Assembly: GCA_964441565.1 (NCBI GenBank)
Contig: CAYTWW010000003.1
Location: forward strand, 60,037-124,036
Direction: 5' to 3'
Length of the DNA: 64,000 bases
Source of the DNA: an uncultured Methanosarcinales archaeon
Lineage (GTDB): Archaea; Nanobdellota; Nanobdellia; Woesearchaeales; GW2011-AR15
Shown: in pieces, positions 56,001 through 60,695 of the stretch
Position numbering within the stretch: the first letter of the stretch is position 1
Layout: each line of letters opens with the position of its first letter
Notes under the pieces: model-generated
Databases searched by the model: none
Seen by the model: only the letters and a program-made list of their open reading frames with translations
What the model was told of the DNA's origin: nothing
Program-made: the position numbers and the translations under genes

Positions 56001-56718
56001 CCCGCAGCTCTCCTTCATCGAAATCAAGGCCTGAAGGATCTATCGCATATGAACGTGCTATCTTCTTCCCACCGATATCCTGGATGTCGAGGTCAGCGTA
56101 TCTCAACTTAGAGGCATCTCCACGGACACCACGGAGGCTTATGTCCTTCCCTGATAACCTTATCCTAGCAGTCCTATCCTTTGATCCTGGCTCGCGATCC
56201 GCTGGATCGGCAGCAGGCTCGCCTGATGTGACAATGAAATGATCCTGCTCAAGCCAGGTTCCTTCCCTGAACAGATCTGCTGTGCATCTCCCTTCCTCCA
56301 GAGGGATGAACATGGTCCTCTTTCCGGATGGGATCAACTCATATCCTTTGCTTCCACATGCTATCCTTATGGTATAGCCCTCTCCAGGCGACTCTATCCA
56401 TGATGCGACACCTTCCTGCATCTGGGGGACAGACATCAGATCATCTCCGACAAAAAAGCTTGATTCTTCGATGATCTCTCCTCCCTGGAACAGGTAAAGG
56501 GAGTGGAGGCCTCTCTCGACAGGGATGAAGATCCCCTCATCTCCAGGCGATTCTACGACATACTTCCTTGACATGCTCTCGATCTCAAGCCTGTCAGCAG
56601 GCTCGCCTATAGAGATCCTGACTGTCTCGAACTCTGAGTACCTCTGCTTGTCAGTAGAAAGGGCTGATGCTGCTGCGCAGAGCAGGATGAACAGCAGAAA
56701 TGCACGCGACTGGCTCAT
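44059..56718 (-). CDS. Giant secreted multidomain surface protein/adhesin (4219 aa)
   Basis: Uninterrupted 12.66-kb ORF with SD 'GGAGG' before the ATG.
- Signal: 'MSQSRAFLLFILLCAAASALS'.
- MG2-like 'RPVYRPGEMAEILVFVLD'.
- LamG_3-like region, aa ~590-800 ('MTISFWMNPS...WYHVAIVYDG...VYVNG').
- Three DUF2341-like 'W..(R)YR' units (aa ~988, ~1734, ~2349).
- Two PA14-like units ('GRYYRMRAEYDENTGGNEM', 'DRYYPLEIGFAENTGGESL').
- 13 Ig-like repeats.
- CARDB ('ISVNATIGNSGESSATDLIV').
- P1/P2-like C-terminal domain. Confidence 0.9.
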   Translation of the reverse strand: MSQSRAFLLFILLCAAASALSTDKQRYSEFETVRISIGEPADRLEIESMSRKYVVESPGDEGIFIPVERGLHSLYLFQGGEIIEESSFFVGDDLMSVPQMQEGVASWIESPGEGYTIRIACGSKGYELIPSGKRTMFIPLEEGRCTADLFREGTWLEQDHFIVTSGEPAADPADREPGSKDRTARIRLSGKDISLRGVRGDASKLRYADLDIQDIGGKKIARSYAIDPSGLDFDEGELRAVATGTELLKCKDYVFDTRTCVGTWEKVLDLIPGQEYIIPLSPADPAFAEAGVAAFNTGRPVYRPGEMAEILVFVLDTKGYLSDDAIIQMNITTPDGDISSHEDLTRIGRGTYRLYYETLGEGTYHVSMHASAADVDQSFVSFFEVSSSIPYDIIREAPLALDPWQSLLHVRARIYSADSGPFSFTEILPPGIEVEDDGGADVREEDSRTTLTWHGLENSSSISYSASVPKIAPALYQLGPALIDDGEYIEARPWYFAADPDYNFTYLAAGKLVFGYPQTNGTMTGVFYDTVRRAIELNASTGSFESIVFDTGAISTWNNISLAQEICYRCNLPAPGAGEAGFSQPADTSGATLLLHMDDQSGGLIDSSGQSNHAAAPGALSYGQSALFNHSVAFSGAATSYARIPDSATLDSTDRMTISFWMNPSLVDGSARAILSKRMGINTQTSYSIFLYTGSRLFVDLVNNDNRFSTHAAFSPNRWYHVAIVYDGTLASAQRAKVYVNGTLDITASETAASIPDTVSNLTIGILNENYATRYAGSLDEIMIIKGRALSSEEVSQLYRRGLSAPNVSIRSCDDPSCSGESYQALPIPPNRYVQYRIGLDRGDWLVPQRIHNVTIGFNVTGETTGPVITDVSDNQLTGPGQWINLTATVTDINGLDDVHINITSPSGRNWLETMITAGQDIFSFLFRPWEIGSYYFAILANDTFGVETILDPYFFVEGNASLSLKTEHPSYDADTEVLLASDEAIWWDHSWRYRIPVTVSAGSANRSDYPVEYTINLSRYLTGIHNDSFRLIEWRDDSPVEVPLQVATFPATDWGTNAVVQLIWIMDEETLAGSDRTYHLYLDTEAKPAANYTSPVFNHTFNAGSTVIANEFLSVTLDDSGVIEDIRSRQGSSLDVTENWYWNYFRTTDHWDDQSFTATIRSRSCGPVRCSIFVDGITSLTDVSQANTTYHVYRGSREIRSYKGFRMSASEGMQIGDDLNIASGNFLVTGSYPGYTETDTMDGTGASERTDRSSAHDRESGYLAYRVVGAPTDAFAVVRKFARNASGAGVNVSMHPNWYDGTEHSTGWENGYSGSSDFLANQDYLVANFYYVTTAEDADYSYALQFYASVMEDAHVQEGQLQESTSYSSVIQNTGSTDISGYLLMQLLENRTGSPVLVDTIVDDLSSSQLSSIPSGSALQLSGSWNPVPWDTAGSSAGSYLIYAALLDDVGEVLQSSSGVPLNHTYPFLVNNTLPVASQVVLNPEAPSLTTPLQCQFIITDRNPDILTARVNWYKDGMINQTQEVDVDDGIVVTAELGTGNLTVGEAWICEVLPYDSIDWGTAVNSSARTILASRPPEIQSIECEEDSTVWASCDNIGFSDVISRVRVSCWDPDGTVRNATFSLGNLDDRITFFSGTTDDNATGQFMLDSPDIRINDSGTWNLSVTCTDEGGVSATNTSAWYVPWGTCSLQLISPASDYNATQDRFFTFSARISCLDGECGSFNATLDPPAPWDDLRYGYRHLITLSEPAGLARTSEHVRFNISLDPGILPLSQENRTVFYCNGTRVRMDAYALETSGLSITRLEALAELDFLASGSKECFLYHDPDFGELELLPVSTGWGYACDNAYSGTCGTSGDITLANMDMSGVYADLSFPAISCGADQDTFYHNMWCYFQAPDSGVQVLATASDDGSEIRVEGTQVVNNHFCQGTTCRSGTYTFEKGRYYRMRAEYDENTGGNEMHAYYNPTSCSGASGDAGAGNSIGDECYPFLGDEFTINVAVGGMEGPKAIIPVETSQPFYTTDSNPHTPSDLACLSNMSAGDICISEWSVNSTGAEGSVHEFFMLLTPIDYPGLGTTESSHINITIIPDRSPFIHNITLLPAFPVPDDDLVCEFAAGDDNGDELDVELTWYRNGIIYSIASITASPGVAQAAIMPSANTSLAETWRCGARPMDQSLSGPQVNSSIVSILSNRPPAISLIQCQENSTAWGSCSGIGYLDRITAVRANSTEVDGQPAEVGFNLTNIPDTRTLLDMSTPDDSTEYFVLDNPDVLVNDSGYFNLTATCIDNNASMTVSSVLWNVPWGTFSSALVDPVANTNVEKNEYFDFTTLFSCSGGECGSINASLDPDAWDAPDFRYRSDVRIVESRGLQRNDTHVLVSFSIPEQRLMHENGTIMYCAGRQVPWDGYARSSSGSWITGLEGIAEINISASSSLDCHIYMDPSHNGTELLPHTTGWDYVGATGISGGNVVDLTPSQVTCYVRDPDGEIPSGAGVCGAVENIKLNEWCYFKSPLSASIYFKTGSDDGSILYHNGSVNVYNDGAHGVTWQDNVCASCGGSLALQRDRYYPLEIGFAENTGGESLFNRWATAAGDDSSGNVIDAECYPYYGDEWQLSVTAYQPIERFKGILPVGSGYPFYVLEPNARQPSDLSCLMDMRSGDTCQVSWTVNATGTYGTSHIFYSIATPLSYPGFVSEKNSTKINITIADANMVPPSVTLSSPQSNFATIQGTVEFNCSATDNQGLENITLYANFSGSFLPNSSASLSGLSGSASFPVQLPEGIFTWNCLAYDDDGNHASAANRTVIVDRHPAYFSLQQPYQGQGFHSSTVQVNYTVIDNIDRSLLCNVTVDSTVQQSIVTPNNTLIQRTFSSMSVGTHSYNISCVDDAGNRNTSSTTSFEILDLYPGVVLMTQDNMRFTTNDISLVFNATDNLGISEASLYIGSSLNQTRSGIVLSANETFNLTIAEGRYRWSVTVNDSSGLTNTTAQRTFFVDMTPPTISITAPADHYISGTPSVAINFTPYDNVATSVTCNITVNGTVVHPDFNVNNATYTSRVTSFPDGTSEWNITCRDPAGNSATTLSRLMNVSAIPQVTLVSPASGYSQTAKDITLTYHAADNTGFTKCELLVDGRINKSNATITNNANSVFYLEVPQERSYEWSVNCTDTTGLFTQSASRAFTVDSTPMSIVLHSPPNGTSILGSTQYFNFTVSDVLDPVMTCNLSVDNVRTGNLDFSAPDGTVIERSFTVSGEGNHYWYVECRDDAGNYNKSLEWLFISSGAPTVTAVSPDSGTFSNQSAIDLVYLPHDSGTLANTTLSLGGILNQTDTTPENGIENTFSLSQLADGLYSWHINATDTDSLSASTEERTFTIDTTYPKIIAAAPQQGQVISTNELQLNFSALDNIAASMVCSVRTEGHDIALSAPNNTARSVAVNLTDGSYNWTVACRDTANNTNTTQPVFFTVEAPPSVALLAPQDNSRNRTSSVLLTYRPYDTYNLSSCTLVFDSEDNQSTSAPLNGQANSFLMEGLSEGEHNWTVRCLDSDANTYAPPVRRLTHDTIGPSVTLGYPGAGATVSEGTVIFNYTPSDTYPVLLSCYLTVSDATDIQRTSSGMSGSVHQATVSGLSDGVHDWNVTCADDLGNIGPSSSRTLTVATAPVIALISPSAGNWTNIPSPAFFFNASDNTGIGNCSLLIDGTPDSTSDDIWTSGISNLTATSLGGHHVWEISCYDTSGNLGISQPRDIYVDLAQPEPVILTQDSSSHASSTPTISFNITDNMDTLLDYRFYADGTINREGTAASSTIVAASLLALGDGEHEIILEAADSAGNRKNSTVVSIYVDTVAPSIILSSPDDGAALSDGTAVLNFTAIDQSSMLCNITLDDSAEEIDLPVLSGVPVTASVEVLTSQVHHWNVTCIDNAGNRNTSLTWDFTIPLPDIYVISMSLPSTASEGSNISVNATIGNSGESSATDLIVQFFHGNYSEGRQIQNFTISLLPHENMTLNTSFIAGIPNTYEIFVICDPDIETGGSIPEIDEADNWESASVIVGSYNTIYGDLAGSLLIKDNTSTVYSWSSENLTGTNIFAADQDSIISWGDLVALGRTALGAESFADFRQLDEAMMIENNSDSINNSYTASGSIKEQKTYVVFGSLIASVPVVNSTNTSQFQTGILWDSADGEEFDGTQDVVFVTEAAHGQGMLGEYDFEFRIPSGLRDYKGPDTVAVALYTELR
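44944..48603 (-). repeat. Array of 13 Ig-like repeats (~93-95 aa each), alternating between two subtypes, within the giant gene
   Basis: Repeat starts are at aa 2708, 2803, 2898, 2990, 3083, 3177, 3272, 3366, 3458, 3551, 3647, 3740 and 3832. Shared signature: 'PP.(I/V).(I/L)..P' ... 'F(N/T)...D' ... 'W.(I/V).C.D..GN'. Confidence 0.8.
48604..52308 (-). repeat. Tandem duplication of a ~617-aa multidomain module within the giant gene
   Basis: aa ~1471-2087 and ~2088-2705 align end to end, e.g. 'RPPEIQSIECEEDSTVWASCDNIGF' with 'RPPAISLIQCQENSTAWGSCSGIGY', 'CLDGECGSFNATLDP' with 'CSGGECGSINASLDP', and 'PSDLACLSNMSAGDICISEWSVNSTG' with 'PSDLSCLMDMRSGDTCQVSWTVNATG'. Confidence 0.8.
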
Positions 56719-57295
56719 CTTCTCCCTCCGATGAGCCTCGTCGCCATCAGCCTCTCCCAGATATCCTGCAGCAGCTCATAGTACTTCTCCGGCGAATACA
56801 GCACTGTCCCGGCAGCTGCCCTCCTGCCTGATGCCAGCTCCTCCAGGAAGCCGGGGACATCATAGAAGACTGCGCTGCGCAGGCTCGGGAACCTGTCTGC
56901 GACAGCATGCCTGTCATTCAGATATTCAAGGACGACGATGATATCTTTCTCTTGGGCAAGGACAGTCCGTATCCGAAATTCCCTCCTGGCCTTATCGATA
57001 TCACCGATAGGCAGGCGGCTCTTCTTCAGGAGCTTCTCCTTCTCCCTGGCATTCAGGAGAGAGAGCATGGCCTTGGCCTTGTCTGATCCTATGCCTATCG
57101 AGCAGAGGTATGATCTTCCGACGACGACCTTGGTGAGGATGCCTGATCTGAGTAGGGAGGATACCTTCCTGTTGATGTTTGGGTACGTCCGACCGAGCCG
57201 CCGGGATATGCTGTTTATGCTGTCGATGAGAGTGATGTCCCTATAGAAAAGCTGGATTATCTCCTCATCAAGGCGGCCTTCTTTCGCGATGTCAT
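56715..57295 (-). CDS. Winged-helix DNA-binding protein translationally coupled to the giant gene; N-terminus lacks an in-frame canonical start
   Basis: The ORF track starts at ATG 57068. The same frame is open up to 57323 and encodes a clear wHTH ('SINSISRRLGRTYPNINRKVSSLLRSGILTKVVVGRSYLCSIG') with no ATG/GTG/TTG. The ATG at 57295, ~22 nt after a 'CTATATATA' box, is in a different frame. The stop overlaps the giant gene's ATG (ATGA at 56715-56718). Confidence 0.6.
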
Positions 57296-57571
57296 CTGAT
57301 AGGCTTATTATACTATATATAGTTTATCATTTTTTTGCTGGATATTATGTCAAGACGATATTACAAAGCGCATTATATCAAAAAAGGTATATATTATATC
57401 TAAATATGATACTATACATTGGAGTCAGAAAGACCCAATGCATCGCCGGATCGACTAAGATGATGCAATGGCAGGCCAACGGATCTGCGCGAAAACATAC
57501 ACCCCCTTCAGGATGTTGCTCCCTGAGCTTAAATATCTTTTCGTCAGATCTATGTCAGGAGACGGTTATCC

Positions 57572-57585
57572 AAAGTTTTAAATAA
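57572..57585 (+). promoter_or_regulatory. BRE/TATA-like promoter
   Basis: 'AAAGTTTTAAATAA' lies upstream of the AbrB-like/KaiC-like gene pair. Confidence 0.5.
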
Positions 57586-57628
57586 TTATCCCAGATTAAT
57601 GCATGCTACAGTAACAGAGGTCAATGAA

Positions 57629-57934
57629 ATGGGATCCATACTCAACGCAGAATTGCAGGAAGACGGCAAAGTAGTATACAAGATAAGCCTGGACAAGGAA
57701 GAAGCTCTGGCACTCAAGGGACATATGGACAAGGTGCATGTGTTCTCAGAGAATTCGTCAGATGTGAAATCAAGGATTTCACTCAGGGGGAAGAATGAAG
57801 CTACAAAGTATTTCCTGATCCCAAAAGAGCTTAGAGACAAGGATATCAGCACAAAGAGAGAGGTCTCATGCCACAAGATCGAGACCAAGCACAAGGACAT
57901 CTTCGTATTCGTAGTCGACAAGATAAAGGTATAA
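57629..57934 (+). CDS. Small AbrB/SpoVT-like protein, paralog of the CDS at 16396-16698
   Basis: I chose the start at 'MGSILNAEL' (57629, SD-like 'GAGGT' upstream) because it matches the paralog's 'MGKILNAKR'. The longest ORF starts at 57599. Confidence 0.65.
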   Translation: MGSILNAELQEDGKVVYKISLDKEEALALKGHMDKVHVFSENSSDVKSRISLRGKNEATKYFLIPKELRDKDISTKREVSCHKIETKHKDIFVFVVDKIKV

Positions 57935-57935
57935 G

Positions 57936-58586
57936 ATGAGACGGCCAAAGGAGATCATCAGGGTCCCTACAGGAGTGCAGGGACTCGACACCAGGATGGA
58001 GGGAGGATTCCCTCTGGGCGGTGTCGTCGGCGTCAGCGGAGCATCCGGCTCAGGCAAGACCCTCCTTGCCCTCCGGTTCCTGCTCGAAGGAGCCAGGAAG
58101 GGGGAGAAGGGAGTATGCATCATGCTCGAAGAGCCGAGGGAGAATCTTGAAAGGCATTTCACGAGCCTTTCCTTCGGACAGGAGCTCGCCGATTACGAGA
58201 AGAGCGGAAAGCTGAGGTTCCTCTCCTTCACATATGAAGACTATGAAGCTGTTTACAAGGAGCTTTTCCATAAGATTGTCGAGGATAAGAAGACCAGGAG
58301 GCTCGTCATCGACAGCTTCAATGGCATACTCGCATACCAGGAGCCGCTGCAGTCGAAGAAGCTTATCTCTGAGTCATTCCTGGCGTTCAGGAGGCAGAAC
58401 CTCACCAGCCTGGTTGTACTTGAAAGAGAAGGGACGCTCCATCAGTTCGACAAGCCGATACTGAACATGATCGATGGAGAGATACGCCTGAGCGACAGGA
58501 AGATGTCCATAGCCAAGATGAGATGGACAGATATCCAGCTCGATAGCGTGCCTTTCAAGCTGGGAAGATCAGGATTCGAAGCCTGA
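57936..58586 (+). CDS. KaiC/RecA-superfamily ATPase (single-domain, archaeal KaiC-like)
   Basis: 'VPTGVQGLDTRMEGGFPLGGVVGVSGASGSGKTLLALRFL' (Walker A) and 'RLVIDSF' (Walker B). Starts 1 nt after the upstream stop. Confidence 0.8.
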   Translation: MRRPKEIIRVPTGVQGLDTRMEGGFPLGGVVGVSGASGSGKTLLALRFLLEGARKGEKGVCIMLEEPRENLERHFTSLSFGQELADYEKSGKLRFLSFTYEDYEAVYKELFHKIVEDKKTRRLVIDSFNGILAYQEPLQSKKLISESFLAFRRQNLTSLVVLEREGTLHQFDKPILNMIDGEIRLSDRKMSIAKMRWTDIQLDSVPFKLGRSGFEA

Positions 58587-60323
58587 TCCTTCTTTCAGTC
58601 TCTTGATCTGCTTCTTCAGTTCTATCATCCTGAGTTCCCTGCCAACTGTAAGACGCTGGAACCTCTCAAGCTCATGCACCCTCTTCCTAAGCTCCTGATT
58701 CAGGCGTTGCAGCTCCACCTCGATATTCTCCTGCTCGGTGATGTCCTGGCCAATCCCCATGATCATTATATCCTCATTCCCTTCGACCACAGTGTTCGAC
58801 CAGAGCATCGACCTCCTTTCCCTGGACTTTGTCATTATTGCTCCCACCCTGGTGGTGTTCCTCTTGGAAAGGATCATCTCACTGAAGAATCGCCGGGTCT
58901 TTTCTCGGTCTTCACTGGGGAGGAACCGGGCGAACCAGTCTTTCCCGATAACACTCTCCCTGCTGAATCCTGTGATCTCCTCTGCCTGCCTGTTGAAGAT
59001 CCTTATCCGGCCCCGTGTATCCAGCCCGACGATAAGGCTTCCTGCCGTATCGATGATCTTCTCTGAGAATTCCTTTGATCTGGACAGGTTGCTCTGGATC
59101 CTCTTGAGTTCTGTGATGTCCCGGATTATGCCCACAAGGATCTTTCTTCCTGCTGAATCATGCTGGACAGTCTTCTTGGTTATGATGGTGTGCGTGAACC
59201 CAGCCTTGTCTGTGAACTCCTCTTCGTTTATCGTCTCCTTGCCGGAGTCCAGTGTCTGTCGGTCCTTCTCCCAGAATATTACTGCCTGCTCCTTTGGGAA
59301 GAAGTCGAAATCGGACTTGCCTAACAGCTCTTCCCTCTTGTAGCCCATGAACCTGCAGAACTCATCATTCAATAGTATCCACTTGTGGTCCTGATCCTTG
59401 ACAAATACCGGATCTGCCAGCGCATCGATGATCCTGTCAAGATATTCCCTGCTTGAGCTGAGCTCATGCCTGCTCCTCACCTGTTCAGTCGTCTCCCTCA
59501 CTACGACCACTGAGCCAGAATAGGAACCGCCAAGGGGCGATACGCGGCTGGAATACCATCTCTCTACGCCGTCAAGTGCCATACTGAATTCATACTGGCC
59601 GCCTTTCTTGTGCTTCCTGTATCTGGCGACGATGTCTCTGGGTATCACATCCGCGATCTTCTTCCCGACGAAATCCCTGACAAAGCTATGGCTAGGATCC
59701 TGGGAGTGGCAGTAAGTGAGACGCTCGTCCTTGTCTATGACGAACACCATGTCAGCCATGGATTTCAAGATGCCTTCAAGCACGAAATCCTGAGCACTCG
59801 AGGAACCTATCTTGCGAAGCCTGACCTGAACAGCCTTCCTCCCTTTGAAAAAGATCTTCCTGCTGGCGATCTCGACTGGCATCAGCTTACCGTCCTTGCA
59901 CCTGATCTCCCAAACCTTGGACCTGGCTGTCCCCCTCCTCAGCTCGCGCAAATAGGAGACGAGATGGCTCTTGATGAAGCTTGAGCTCAGGTCCCCCAGG
60001 CTCTTGCGCAGCAGCTCATTTTCAGAGTAGCCAGTCATGTTGCAGGCTGTCTGGTTGCAATAGATGTATCTTCCCGCCATGTCGCAGACCAGCACACCTT
60101 CAGGCAGGGAATGGGAGATGACAAGAGTGATAGTATCCCCTTCCTTAGAAGAATGGACATCCCATCCTTCGCCTGGATGAGCACCGAATATCAACATAGC
60201 ATCCTGAGGCTTCTCGATCCCGAAATCGCAGAAGTTCCCGCTGTGCCAGACAACTTCTCCCCCTCTTACCTGGATGCAGTAGCAGCCGGAAGCTTTCGAT
60301 ACCTCCTCAAGGACACTGTCCAC
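58569..60323 (-). CDS. Multi-PAS-domain sensor protein without an obvious transmitter domain
   Basis: At least three PAS-like units ('ITERKRAE'-less; e.g. 'DPVFVKDQDHKWILLNDEFCRFMGYKREELLGKSDFDFF'). C-terminal coiled coil is 'LTVGRELRMIELKKQIKRL'. The GTG start is uncertain. Confidence 0.7.
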   Translation of the reverse strand: MDSVLEEVSKASGCYCIQVRGGEVVWHSGNFCDFGIEKPQDAMLIFGAHPGEGWDVHSSKEGDTITLVISHSLPEGVLVCDMAGRYIYCNQTACNMTGYSENELLRKSLGDLSSSFIKSHLVSYLRELRRGTARSKVWEIRCKDGKLMPVEIASRKIFFKGRKAVQVRLRKIGSSSAQDFVLEGILKSMADMVFVIDKDERLTYCHSQDPSHSFVRDFVGKKIADVIPRDIVARYRKHKKGGQYEFSMALDGVERWYSSRVSPLGGSYSGSVVVVRETTEQVRSRHELSSSREYLDRIIDALADPVFVKDQDHKWILLNDEFCRFMGYKREELLGKSDFDFFPKEQAVIFWEKDRQTLDSGKETINEEEFTDKAGFTHTIITKKTVQHDSAGRKILVGIIRDITELKRIQSNLSRSKEFSEKIIDTAGSLIVGLDTRGRIRIFNRQAEEITGFSRESVIGKDWFARFLPSEDREKTRRFFSEMILSKRNTTRVGAIMTKSRERRSMLWSNTVVEGNEDIMIMGIGQDITEQENIEVELQRLNQELRKRVHELERFQRLTVGRELRMIELKKQIKRLKEGSGFES

Positions 60324-60691
60324 TAGATGATCCTCCGTACCCTTGCGACCAGGTCCCTGTTGTCGAATGGCTTAGTGATATAGTCGGAGACCTTCAGATC
60401 ACCAAGCATCTTCCTCCCTACCTCTGAGAACCTTGCGACTGTCAGCATGATCACCTTCAGGTCCGCAAGCGCAGATTCCTTCCGGACTTCTTCGCATACC
60501 TCCCTGCCTGACATCCCAGGCATCATCATGTCCAGGATGAGCAGATCCGGCTTCTTTATCCTGATCCTATGGAGAGCAGTCCGGCCATCTGGAGCAGTGT
60601 CAACGCTGAAGCCCTCGGCCTCCAGGATGGCCTTGACCAGCTCAAGCAGATGCGGCTCGTCATCAACGATCATTATCCTTTTCTTTGCCAT
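60323..60691 (-). CDS. Single-domain response regulator (CheY-like receiver)
   Basis: I chose the start at the internal 'MAKKRIMIVDDEPHLLELV'. Also 'DLLILDMMMPGMSG' and 'YITKPF'. Confidence 0.85.
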   Translation of the reverse strand: MAKKRIMIVDDEPHLLELVKAILEAEGFSVDTAPDGRTALHRIRIKKPDLLILDMMMPGMSGREVCEEVRKESALADLKVIMLTVARFSEVGRKMLGDLKVSDYITKPFDNRDLVARVRRII

Positions 60692-60695
60692 CACG

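Noticed and set aside
44360-56734. About 40 ORFs of 60-145 aa on both strands inside the giant gene (e.g. 47102-47539, 50688-51080, 51638-52054)
   Set aside because: All are nested in or antisense to a 12.66-kb ORF that has coherent domain structure. Their translations are low-complexity (Ser/Arg/Pro-rich) and have no start signals. They are by-products of a long stop-free region.
57289-57585. 98-aa plus-strand ORF in the AT-rich region upstream of the AbrB-like gene
   Set aside because: The region is AT-rich, promoter-like intergenic DNA with several TATA-like boxes. The translation is hydrophobic and Tyr/Ile-rich, as expected from AT bias. It overlaps the 5' end of the wHTH gene.
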